DNA of 64,000 nucleotides from positions 23,359 to 87,358 of the forward strand of contig JACRMK010000056.1 of NCBI GenBank assembly GCA_016235055.1, in the 5' to 3' direction. Each line of letters begins with the position of its first letter. Within the stretch, counting starts at the first letter, position 1. Made by a program: the position numbers and the translations under genes. Source of the stretch: Chloroflexota bacterium. Its GTDB lineage: Bacteria; Chloroflexota; Anaerolineae; JACRMK01. A model generated the notes under the pieces. It was not told the origin of the DNA, did no database searches, and saw nothing but the letters and a program-made list of their open reading frames with translations. Below, piece after piece: positions 1-8,377 of this stretch.

Positions 1-263
1 CATCGGTCCCAGCCGCGTGCGTCGAGCAGCGCGACAGCGTCCTTCGCATAGTCGGCCATCGAGCAGGCCGTGTCCGGCCGCGACGTCTGCCCCAGCCCGC
101 GCTGGTCGTACGCCAGAATCTCGAACCGGCTGGCAATCGGGCGGTCGAAGACGCGCGGCAGGCGGCGCAGATCGCCGCCCGTGCCGCTGATGTACAGCAG
201 GCGCGGCCCCGCGCCGTGCTGCTCGAAATACACGCTCAGATCGCGAATGTTGGCGAACGGCAT
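1..263 (-). CDS. Alpha/beta hydrolase (enol-lactonase-like), truncated by the window edge
   Basis: Manual translation from ATG at 263: MPFANIRDLSVYFEQHGAGPRLLYISGTGGD...ILAYDQRGLGQTSRPD..SMADYAKD. The YDQRGxGxT motif is typical of the Abhydrolase_1 fold. Not in the ORF track. Confidence 0.85.
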   Translation of the reverse strand, partial: MPFANIRDLSVYFEQHGAGPRLLYISGTGGDLRRLPRVFDRPIASRFEILAYDQRGLGQTSRPDTACSMADYAKDAVALLDARGWDR

Positions 264-285
264 GCTGTTCTCCCGAAGGGCAGCG

Positions 286-2100
286 TTAGATGCGGCCAAA
301 CTCGCGCGACAACTGGTCGAGGCCGAGGCGAATCATCGTCGGGCGGCCGTGCGGGCAGGTGCGCGGCGACCGGCAACTTTCCAGCCGGCGAATCAACTCG
401 TGCATTTCAGCCGGCGCCAGCAGTCGCCCCGCCTTGATCGCCGCCTGCTTGCAGACCGACGCGATCAGCCGCGCCTCGCGTGCTTCGTCAATCGGGCCAG
501 CCACCCGTCCGTGGCCCCATTCGCGTTCGTCGGCCAGTTCGTCGAGTATGATGGCCAGCGCCTGGCGCGGATCGCCCTCGCCCCAGATGCCCGGCACGGC
601 GCGCACGAGAAACATGCTACCGCCAAACGGCTCAAGCTGGAAACCAACGTGCTGGAACAGGTCAATTTGCGACTCCAGCCGTGTCGCCTGGCGCGCGGTC
701 AGTTCGAGCGTCAGCGGCTCCAGCAGCGACTGACCGACCGGGGCGTGCGACGCATGCTCGTGCTTGAACTGCTCGTACAATACCCGCTCGTGCGCAGCAT
801 GCTGGTCGATCAGGAAGATGCCCTCCGGCCCCTCGGCCACGATGTACGTGCGCGCCACCTGGCCCAGCACGCGCAGCATCGGCAGCGGCTCGTCGGACGG
901 CAACGGCGTCTGCCGCGGCACGTCGGGCAGTAGTGGTCGCGGCGCGCCGTCGAGCTCCGGCGTCCACAGGTGCGGCCCGGCCGGTCGCGGCGGGTAATCC
1001 GGCGGGACGGGCAGCAGCGGCGACAGCGGCGTATCGACTACGCGCTCGCCGTCGTACGATGGTTGGCCGGCCATCGGCATGTCGGGTACCGGCTGGTGCG
1101 AGACCAGTACGGCGCGCACCGCGCGCTGTACGACGCTGAAGATCGCGTGCGAGTCGCGGAAACGCACCTCGGCTTTGGTCGGGTGCACGTTCACGTCGAC
1201 CTCGTCGGGCGGCAGCGTGATGCGCAGAATGCAGAACGGGTGACGGCCGACCATCACGAGCGTGTGGTACGCCTCTGTCACGGCGAAGTTGAGGTTGCGG
1301 TCCTGAACGGAGCGCCCGTTGACGAAGAAGACCATCTGCGACCGGTTCGCGCGGGTCAGCGCCGGCAGTGATGTGTAGCCGCTGACCGTTGTCGCCACGC
1401 CATCGCCGTCCGCGCCGGGCATGTTCGCGGCCACTTCGATCATCTGGCGCGCCGTGTCGAGGCCGTAGACCGCGATCAGCACATCCTGCATCGAGCCGTT
1501 GCCGGACGTCTGGAACACCTGCCGCGACTCGGTTTGCAGGCTGAACCGGACATGCGGGTAGGCCAGCGCGTAACGATTGACGAGATCGACGACGTGCCCG
1601 GCCTCGGTTGTCGTCGATTTCAGGAACTTGAGGCGCGCCGGGATGTTGAAAAACAGGTTCTCGACCGTGATCACCGTGCCCATCGGAGCGGCGTGTGGCG
1701 CGCGGCCCTCCAATGCGCCGCCGACGATGCGAATTTCGGTGCCCGCCTCCTCCAGCGCAGCGCGCGTGAGCATCGTGGCCTGCGCCACCGCGGCGATGCT
1801 CGGCAGCGCCTCGCCGCGAAAGCCGAGCGTCCGGATCGCGAACAGGTCATCGCTCGAATCGAGTTTGCTGGTCGCGTGATGTACGAATGCCAGCTCGACC
1901 TCGGCGGACGGGATGCCGGTGCCGTTGTCGGCGACGCGGATGAGCCGCTTGCCGCCGTCGCGAATCTCGATGCGGATGTCGGTCGCGCCGGCGTCGATCG
2001 AGTTCTCGACCAGTTCCTTGACGACCGAGACCGGCCGCTCAATAACCTCGCCGGCCGCGATCTGGGCCGCCAATTGATCAGAAAGAACATGAATGGGCAT
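286..2100 (-). CDS. mutL: DNA mismatch repair endonuclease MutL
   Basis: IAAGEVIERP, ELVENSIDAGA, GFRGEAL, DVNVHPTK, endonuclease motif DQHAAHER and CPHGRP. Start taken at MPIHVL. Confidence 0.98.
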   Translation of the reverse strand: MPIHVLSDQLAAQIAAGEVIERPVSVVKELVENSIDAGATDIRIEIRDGGKRLIRVADNGTGIPSAEVELAFVHHATSKLDSSDDLFAIRTLGFRGEALPSIAAVAQATMLTRAALEEAGTEIRIVGGALEGRAPHAAPMGTVITVENLFFNIPARLKFLKSTTTEAGHVVDLVNRYALAYPHVRFSLQTESRQVFQTSGNGSMQDVLIAVYGLDTARQMIEVAANMPGADGDGVATTVSGYTSLPALTRANRSQMVFFVNGRSVQDRNLNFAVTEAYHTLVMVGRHPFCILRITLPPDEVDVNVHPTKAEVRFRDSHAIFSVVQRAVRAVLVSHQPVPDMPMAGQPSYDGERVVDTPLSPLLPVPPDYPPRPAGPHLWTPELDGAPRPLLPDVPRQTPLPSDEPLPMLRVLGQVARTYIVAEGPEGIFLIDQHAAHERVLYEQFKHEHASHAPVGQSLLEPLTLELTARQATRLESQIDLFQHVGFQLEPFGGSMFLVRAVPGIWGEGDPRQALAIILDELADEREWGHGRVAGPIDEAREARLIASVCKQAAIKAGRLLAPAEMHELIRRLESCRSPRTCPHGRPTMIRLGLDQLSREFGRI

Positions 2101-2180
2101 AGGTGGGCGCTCGGCAGGAGCGTATCTGGCATTATAGCACACGAACCGATCGTGCCGCGGCCGCCTTCGTGCCTTTTGCA

Positions 2181-2339
2181 GGGCATTTCCAGAGTTGGCT
2201 TTGCCCTCTCCCTAACCCTCGCCCGCGACGCAAAAACGGCGTCGCAGGCGAGGGGATCCACTCCTTCCCCTGTTCGCGTCGTGTGCGAACGGGGGAAGGT
2301 TGGGAAGGGGCCGTCTGGACTTCGATTTTGAAAAAGCCC
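2181..2339. mobile_element. Putative MITE with CCCTC-type REP hairpin cargo
   Basis: Imperfect terminal inverted repeats: GGGCATTTCCAGA versus reverse-complemented end GGGCTTTTTCAAA. Two internal hairpins: CCCTCGCCCGCGACGC/GCGTCGCAGGCGAGGG and CCTTCCCCTGTTCGC/GCGAACGGGGGAAGG. No clear target duplication. Confidence 0.55.
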
Positions 2340-2437
2340 CGCGCTTTGATCGGTGTCGGTCGACCGAATAAGACGGCTCCGCGCGTGCGTTTTGGTTTAA
2401 GCGTGTGAAGCAACATCGCGTATAATCGTCTGGCAGT

Positions 2438-3040
2438 ATGTCGATTGTTAGTGTCGCCGCTGCCGGTCACACGACCAGATCAAATTCAAGGAAATACCGC
2501 TTGGCACCTAGAAATTCCCTGCCGCCGGCGCCCCCGCGCAGCGGTCTGACCTCCAATCGCCTGCTACTGATTGGCCTGCCCCTGCTCCTGCTGTGCGCCT
2601 GCTGCTTCTGCGCCGTGATAGCTGTCGGCGCGTGGGCGGTCTCCAACGGGACGATCGATAATCTCCTCAACCCGTCACCGGACGCGCCCAATATTCCGCT
2701 CGGCAGCCTGAGCCGCGATCAGGGCAAGGCGGCGACCGCCGCCGCAGCGTTCGTGCAGAAGGTCCAGGCCGGCAGTTGGGCCGACGCTTATGCGCTCTGT
2801 ACGCCGGCGCTGCAGCGGCAGGTCGGTAGCGCCACGGCGCTCGGACAAGCGATCTCGGCGGCCAAAGGCCAACCCAACGGCCCGTTGAAGGTGGACGGCG
2901 TCAGCACCGTGAGCGCCGGCACGACAAGCGCCACCGTCACCGGGACAGCCCTGTTCGGAAAAACGCCGGGACCGGTGCTCGTCGAGCTCGAGCGCATCGG
3001 CGCCGATTGGAAAGTCAATGGCTTCAGCCTGAACAAGTAG
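2438..3040 (+). CDS. Membrane-anchored hypothetical protein (Cys-rich TM segment, NTF2/DUF4878-like C-terminal domain)
   Basis: TM segment LLLIGLPLLLLCACCFCAVIAVGAW; C-terminal AAAFVQKVQAGSWADAYAL...LERIGADWKV. The true start may be TTG at 2501, after AAGGA. Confidence 0.7.
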   Translation: MSIVSVAAAGHTTRSNSRKYRLAPRNSLPPAPPRSGLTSNRLLLIGLPLLLLCACCFCAVIAVGAWAVSNGTIDNLLNPSPDAPNIPLGSLSRDQGKAATAAAAFVQKVQAGSWADAYALCTPALQRQVGSATALGQAISAAKGQPNGPLKVDGVSTVSAGTTSATVTGTALFGKTPGPVLVELERIGADWKVNGFSLNK

Positions 3041-3052
3041 AGCGGAGGCGAG

Positions 3053-3811
3053 ATGTTCTCACTGGACGGCAAGATTGCACTGGTCACCGGCGGCGCGCGA
3101 GGGCTGGGTCGCGCCGATTGTCTCGCACTGTCCGAAGCCGGTGCGCGCGTCGTGGCGGCGGACGTCAACGAGACGGGCGCCGAGAACACGGCCGAGATGG
3201 CGCGCGCCATGGGGCGCGATGCGCTTGCGCTGAAAGTCGATGTGCGCGACCGCGCGCAGGTCAAGGCGATGATCCAGCGCATCAAGCAGGAGTTCGGCGC
3301 GGCGCCGGACATCCTGGTCAACAATGCGGCCACGCTCGACAACACAGCGCAGGTGCAGGACATGCCGGACGAGTTGTGGGATCGCGACATCGCGGTAAAC
3401 CTGACCGGCGCGTATAACGTGACCAAGGCGCTCTGGCCCGAACTGATGGCCAAGAAGTGGGGACGCGTCATCAGCATGGCGTCGGTGGCGGGCACCATGG
3501 GCGGCTTCGGCCAGGCGAGCTATGCGGCGACGAAGGCCGCGCTGATCGGCTTCACGCGGACGCTGGCGCTCGAAGGCGCGCGGCACGGCATCACCGCCAA
3601 CGCCATTGTCCCCGGCATCATCGGCACCGAGGCGTTCGGCAAGATCCCGGATGCGATGCGCGACCGCATGCGCGCGCGCGTGGCGATGCGCCGCGAAGGC
3701 GAACCGCGCGACATTGCGACCCTGGTCGTTTTCCTGGCATCGCCGGAAGCGCGCTATATCACGGGCGCGGCCGTTCCGGTCACCGGTGGACTGCACCTGT
3801 TCACGTTTTAG
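3053..3811 (+). CDS. SDR oxidoreductase, FabG-like
   Basis: TGGARGLG, NNAA, YAATK catalytic motif; Shine-Dalgarno GGAGG. Confidence 0.93.
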   Translation: MFSLDGKIALVTGGARGLGRADCLALSEAGARVVAADVNETGAENTAEMARAMGRDALALKVDVRDRAQVKAMIQRIKQEFGAAPDILVNNAATLDNTAQVQDMPDELWDRDIAVNLTGAYNVTKALWPELMAKKWGRVISMASVAGTMGGFGQASYAATKAALIGFTRTLALEGARHGITANAIVPGIIGTEAFGKIPDAMRDRMRARVAMRREGEPRDIATLVVFLASPEARYITGAAVPVTGGLHLFTF

Positions 3812-3850
3812 TCCAGACTCTGCTGCCCCTGGTGACTACCCATATCAACC

Positions 3851-3883
3851 AGACCTCGCGGGTTTTGAATACCCGCGAGGTCT
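3851..3883. repeat. REP-like perfect hairpin
   Basis: AGACCTCGCGGGT-TTTGAAT-ACCCGCGAGGTCT, a 13-bp stem. Confidence 0.75.
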
Positions 3884-3961
3884 TGAGGCGCGACATCCGC
3901 GCAGATGTGGGCGATCACCAGTCGGCCTCGGTTGCGGCCGGTCGGCAGGCCGGTATATAAT

Positions 3962-4092
3962 AGACTCTATTCGAAATAAGGGATCCACCATTCTGAGCTT
4001 GTCGGAGCATGCGGAAAAGTGGCTAGTACCAGTGCTTTGACCGCATGCTTCGACAGGCTTACGATGCTACGTCGCTATTTCAGATAGAGTCT
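3962..4092. mobile_element. MITE (131 bp) with CTGAGC..GTCGAAG-type REP cargo
   Basis: TIR AGACTCTATTCGAAATA versus AGACTCTATCTGAAATA (15/17). Flanked by AAT on both sides, or TA if the ends are drawn 1 bp further in. Internal arms CTGAGCTTGTCGGAGCATGCGG and CCGCATGCTTCGACAGGCTTAC. Confidence 0.8.
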
Positions 4093-4093
4093 A

Positions 4094-4306
4094 ATGCCCG
4101 TGGAACAAAAACCGGGACGCCCGTATCCGCTCGACCCGGTCGGTCTGTGCGCGCTCTGCGCCCACCATCGCGTGATCGAATCGACCAAAGGCAGCCATTT
4201 CTGGCTGTGCGCATTAAACGTGCAGGATGCACGTTTCCCGCGCTATCCGCGCCTGCCGGTGCTGGTCTGCGAGGGGTTCGTTCCCTCACCTTCCGGCGAT
4301 AGATAA
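4094..4306 (+). CDS. Small four-cysteine hypothetical protein, probably metal-binding
   Basis: GLCALCAH...GSHFWLC...RFPRYPRLPVLVCEGF (CxxC..C..C). Resembles a conserved small hypothetical family, from recollection only. Confidence 0.7.
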   Translation: MPVEQKPGRPYPLDPVGLCALCAHHRVIESTKGSHFWLCALNVQDARFPRYPRLPVLVCEGFVPSPSGDR

Positions 4307-4350
4307 CGCACGCCATACCAAAGTCACCAACTTCAATCGAGGAGAAATCA

Positions 4351-5238
4351 ATGGCCCTGAATCTAAGTGGAGTTTTCCCCGCCTGCGTCACCCCCTACGA
4401 CGCCGACGGCAACGCTTCGCCCAAGCGCTTTGCGGCGAACGTCGCGCGCTGGGAGAAGGCCGGACTGCACGGCTACCTGGTGCTCGGCTCGACCGGCGAG
4501 TTCCAGTACATGGACGAAGCCGAGCGCGGCAAGCTGATCGAAGGCGCGCGCGCGGCGATCCCGGCCAACAAGACGATGATGGTCGGCGCCGGGCACGAGA
4601 CCACGCGCATGACGATCCGCTACTGCAAGCAGGCCGCGTCGCTCGGCGCGGACTGCGTGCTGGTCGTGACGCCGGTCTACTACACGCGCGGCAAGGAAGA
4701 CGCCCAGCGCAAGTATTACTTTGACGTCGCCGACGCCTCGCCGATCCCGGTGCTGGTTTACAACGTGCCGGGCTTCACGGCGTACAACATCTCGCCGGAG
4801 TTCGTCGCCAGCGTGTCCGGCCACCCGAACATCGTCGGCATGAAGGACAGCGCGGGCGATGCCGGGCAGATCTTCGACACGATCCGACTGACCGACCCGA
4901 ACTTCGCGGTTTTCACCGGTAATGCGCGCATCCTGTACCAGACGCTGGCTGTCGGCGGGCGCGGCAGCATCCTGGCCGCGGGCAACCCGCTCGGCCACGC
5001 CTACGTAGGGATATACGAAACGTTCAAGCGCGGCGATACGGCCTCCGCGCTGGCCCAGCAGAAGGAGGTCCGCGCGGCGGAGCAGAAGCTCAGCGCGTTC
5101 GGCATCGCCGGCTGGAAGTACGCGATGGACGTGATGGGCTGGGAGGGCGGCGAACCGCGCCTGCCGATCCTGCCTTTGGGCGACGAGGCGAAAGCCAAGA
5201 TTCGCGCCATCATGGAGTCGCTGAAGCTGGCGGCGTAG
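4351..5238 (+). CDS. Dihydrodipicolinate synthase family aldolase (DapA/HOGA-like)
   Basis: GSTGE, YNVP, Schiff-base GMKDS; Shine-Dalgarno GGAG. Confidence 0.93.
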   Translation: MALNLSGVFPACVTPYDADGNASPKRFAANVARWEKAGLHGYLVLGSTGEFQYMDEAERGKLIEGARAAIPANKTMMVGAGHETTRMTIRYCKQAASLGADCVLVVTPVYYTRGKEDAQRKYYFDVADASPIPVLVYNVPGFTAYNISPEFVASVSGHPNIVGMKDSAGDAGQIFDTIRLTDPNFAVFTGNARILYQTLAVGGRGSILAAGNPLGHAYVGIYETFKRGDTASALAQQKEVRAAEQKLSAFGIAGWKYAMDVMGWEGGEPRLPILPLGDEAKAKIRAIMESLKLAA

Positions 5239-5260
5239 CGACTACCGGTTGCCATGCCTG

Positions 5261-5300
5261 CGGAAAACGTGATCTGGCGTGATCACGTTTTCCGTTTTTT
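5261..5300 (+). terminator. Intrinsic terminator
   Basis: 14-bp stem CGGAAAACGTGATC/GATCACGTTTTCCG followed by TTTTTT. Confidence 0.85.
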
Positions 5301-5385
5301 CGCCGGTTGGCAGCGCGTGCCCGGAGCCTGAAGTCGCGCCCTGAACCTGAGCGAAGCATATTGAACCATAACGCTCCCTGACCGA

Positions 5386-6243
5386 TTGAACGCATACCTT
5401 GTCCTGCTGGGCGGCATTATCGCCACGGCGTTTGCCGCCGTCTTTATCCGCCTGGCCGACGCGCCGGCGCTGGTCATTGCCGCTTTTCGGCTCGGGCTGG
5501 CGTCGCTCGTGCTGCTGCCGGTCGCGGCCGCGCGGGACGGCGCGCAAATGCGACGGTTGTCGCGCAGCGCGCTCGGATGGGCGCTGCTGTCCGGCCTGAT
5601 GCTGGCGGTGCATTTCGGTACCTGGATCACATCGCTGCAGTACACATCGGTCGCCAGTTCGGTCGTGATCGTGACCTCGTCGCCGGTCTGGGTGGCGCTC
5701 GCTTCGGTCGCGCTGCTGCGAGAGCGGCTGAAGCGTATCACCGTCGCCGGCATTGCGCTCGCAGTGGCGGGCGGCGCGCTGATCGGCGGCGGTGATCTGA
5801 CGCTGGGTGGCAACGCCCTGTATGGCGACCTGCTGGCGCTCGTCGGAGCATGGAGTGTCGCCGGATACTTTCTGCTGGGCCGGCGATTGCGCCACGAATT
5901 GACGCTCGTTCCGTATATCGCGACCGTCTATTCCGTCGCGGCACTGGCTCTGCTGGCGGCGGTGCTGGCCGGCAACCTGCCGCTGACCGGGTACTCGGCG
6001 CAAACGTACCTGATGTTCGTGCTGCTGGCCGCGGTGCCGCAACTGCTAGGTCATTCTGCGTACAATTTCGCACTACGCCATTTGAGTGCCACACTGGTCA
6101 GCGTGGCGACGCTGGGTGAACCGATCGGCTCGACTCTGCTGGCCGCGCTGATCCTGGGCGAGCAGCCGCCGGCTGTCGTGCTGATCGGCGGTTTGGTGGT
6201 ACTCGGCGGCATCGCGCTCGTCACGGCCGGCGAACGCACCTGA
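5386..6243 (+). CDS. EamA/DMT family transporter
   Basis: About 10 TM helices in two EamA repeats (SLQYTSVA, LLRER, EPIGS, ILGEQP); TTG start. Confidence 0.92.
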   Translation: MNAYLVLLGGIIATAFAAVFIRLADAPALVIAAFRLGLASLVLLPVAAARDGAQMRRLSRSALGWALLSGLMLAVHFGTWITSLQYTSVASSVVIVTSSPVWVALASVALLRERLKRITVAGIALAVAGGALIGGGDLTLGGNALYGDLLALVGAWSVAGYFLLGRRLRHELTLVPYIATVYSVAALALLAAVLAGNLPLTGYSAQTYLMFVLLAAVPQLLGHSAYNFALRHLSATLVSVATLGEPIGSTLLAALILGEQPPAVVLIGGLVVLGGIALVTAGERT

Positions 6244-6271
6244 GCGTCGCAAAGATAGCGATACCGGAGCT

Positions 6272-6919
6272 TTGATGATCAAGACCATTCTGTTTGACGT
6301 GGACGACACACTGTACCCGCGCTCATCCTCACTGTTCCCGATGATCCGCAACAAGATCATCCAGTACATGATCGACTACCTGGGACTGAGCCGCCCGGAG
6401 GCGATGACGCTTCGCGAACGCTACCTCAAGGAATACGGCACGGCGACGCGCGGCCTGATGATCAACGACCACATCAACGTTCACGAGTACCTCGCCTACG
6501 TCCACGATGTGCCGGTCTCAGAGGCATTGCAACCCGACTCCGAACTCGACGCTATCCTGGGGCAGATCAACGTCGAGAAGTGCCTGTTTACCAACGCCAC
6601 GCGGCAGCACGGTATCAACGTCGTGGAGGCGCTGGGCATCACGCGGCGCTTTACGCGCGTGTTCGGACTGGAAGATTTCAACTATATCAGCAAGCCCGAC
6701 CCGCGCCCCTATCAGGTAGCGCTTGCCACGCTGGGCGTGCCCGGCGCGGAGGTTGCGCTGCTGGAAGACAGCCCGGTCAATCTGGAAGCCGGGCGCGCCG
6801 CCGGCATGACGTCGATTCTGGTTGGCGATGCACCGTACGCCGGCCCGACATTTGACTACCACATCGCGCGCGTGCACGATGTGCTGGCGGTCGCACGCCG
6901 ACTGGGAGTTGCCACATGA
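6272..6919 (+). CDS. HAD hydrolase, pyrimidine 5'-nucleotidase family
   Basis: FDVDDTLY, YGTAT.GL, FTNA, KPDP, EDS.VNL. Confidence 0.9.
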   Translation: MMIKTILFDVDDTLYPRSSSLFPMIRNKIIQYMIDYLGLSRPEAMTLRERYLKEYGTATRGLMINDHINVHEYLAYVHDVPVSEALQPDSELDAILGQINVEKCLFTNATRQHGINVVEALGITRRFTRVFGLEDFNYISKPDPRPYQVALATLGVPGAEVALLEDSPVNLEAGRAAGMTSILVGDAPYAGPTFDYHIARVHDVLAVARRLGVAT

Positions 6920-7887
6920 TCAACGCCTACGCTCGCCGGACCGACGCCAACGGGCGCGTGAACGAAGCGCGCGCGGTGCCTGTCGAAGAAGGACTCGCCC
7001 TTCTTTCCGCGCCCGGCGGCCATGTCTGGTTCGACGTGATCGCCGAGTCCGAGGCCGACTTCGCCTGGTTGGAGCAGTCGTTTCATTTCCACCCGCTGAC
7101 CATTGACGACTGCCGCCAGCACGACGCGCGCGCCAAGATCAGCGACTACGACGGGTACCTGTTCATCACGCTGCACACGCCGATCGTCAACGCCGACGAG
7201 ACGACCAGCGACGAAATCCACGTCTTCCTGAGCGAGCGCTATTTCGTCACGGTCCACGACACGCCGAACTCCGTGATCACTGCGCTGGTCGAAATCCAGT
7301 CCAAGAACTTCCAGTTGAGCGAATGGGGCACATCGTTCTTGTTCTACCGGCTCGGCGACCTGGCCGTCGACGCCTACTTCCCGGTCCTCGACGAGGTCGC
7401 CGACCGGGTCGACGATCTCGAAGACCAGATCGTCAATGTCGCGACGCGCGACCAGTTATCCGGCATCTTCACGCTGAAGCGCGACCTCGTCTTCCTGCGC
7501 AAGACGCTCGGACCGATGCGCGAGGTGTTCAACGCATTGCTCATCCGACGCTACCCGCTGATCGATGAGCGATCGCTCGTCTACATGCGCGACGTGTACG
7601 ACCACGTCGTGCGGTTCTACGACATCATCGACACCTACCGCGACCTTGCCAGTTCGGCGCTCGACACCTATCTTTCCAGCGTGTCAAACAATCTGAACGA
7701 CGTGATGAAGCGCCTGACGATCATCACGACCATCTTCATGCCGTTGACCTTTGTGACTGGGTTCTTCGGCATGAACTTCCAGCACCTGCCGTTCGACAGC
7801 GACATCATATTCTGGGTCGCCATGACCACCATGCTGGGCAGCGCCGTTGGAATGCTGATATTCTATCGCCGCAAAGGCTGGCTCTAG
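6916..7887 (+). CDS. corA: Magnesium/cobalt transporter CorA
   Basis: FHPLTIDD, C-terminal TMs with the GMNF signature, RRKGWL. Confidence 0.95.
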   Translation: MINAYARRTDANGRVNEARAVPVEEGLALLSAPGGHVWFDVIAESEADFAWLEQSFHFHPLTIDDCRQHDARAKISDYDGYLFITLHTPIVNADETTSDEIHVFLSERYFVTVHDTPNSVITALVEIQSKNFQLSEWGTSFLFYRLGDLAVDAYFPVLDEVADRVDDLEDQIVNVATRDQLSGIFTLKRDLVFLRKTLGPMREVFNALLIRRYPLIDERSLVYMRDVYDHVVRFYDIIDTYRDLASSALDTYLSSVSNNLNDVMKRLTIITTIFMPLTFVTGFFGMNFQHLPFDSDIIFWVAMTTMLGSAVGMLIFYRRKGWL

Positions 7888-7945
7888 CCACATTCGCCAA
7901 GGGGTATTACGCACAACTGGCGGAATTGTCGCATATCGGCGTCAG

Positions 7946-8024
7946 CGTAGGGACAGTTCGCGACACCCCAAAGGGTGCGATGCTCGGCCGCCCGGCCCGC
8001 GGGCGCATCGCGATGCGCCCCTAC
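7946..8024. repeat. GTAG-family REP doublet
   Basis: CGTAGGGACAGTTCGCG ... GGGCGCATCGCGATGCGCCCCTAC: inverted GTAGGG/CCCTAC ends with an internal palindrome. Confidence 0.7.
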
Positions 8025-8076
8025 ATTGCGCCAAACCGGTGTGCCCGACAGTTTGGCGGCAAAGTCTCGCCAAGTA

Positions 8077-8333
8077 CAGCAATTCTCATTTTGGAGTCGG
8101 CTGCCACTATGCCCCCTCATCCCCTGCCCCTTCTCCCCCGCGGGGGAGAAGGGGAAAAGCTAACGGGGAGGTGCGCGGCGGCTGCGCCGCCGCGTCAATC
8201 CCCTATGAATCTCGCCCCCTCCCAACTTCGTTGGGAGGGGGTCGGGGGGAGGGCAGCGCCACTTCTTCGGCGGGCCAGCGCATCGCGAGCGGCGTTGAAA
8301 AGTACCCGTCCAAAGCCAAATTGAGAATTGCTG
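8077..8333 (+). mobile_element. MITE family A, copy 1 (257 bp, internal deletion)
   Basis: TIR CAGCAATTCTCA(T/A)TTTGG; 9-bp target duplication CGCCAAGTA at 8068-8076 and 8334-8342. Confidence 0.95.
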
Positions 8334-8362
8334 CGCCAAGTAACCGTTTTACGACCTCGGCG

Positions 8363-8371
8363 TGCTATAAT
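8363..8371 (+). promoter_or_regulatory. Extended -10 promoter, probable leaderless transcript
   Basis: TGCTATAAT lies 6 nt before GTG at 8378, with no Shine-Dalgarno. Confidence 0.7.
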
Positions 8372-8377
8372 GGCGCT

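Noticed and set aside
8039..8377. 113-aa N-terminal extension of the deaminase in the ORF track
   Set aside because: It is read-through of the MITE. Homology starts at GTG 8378, which has its own -10 box.
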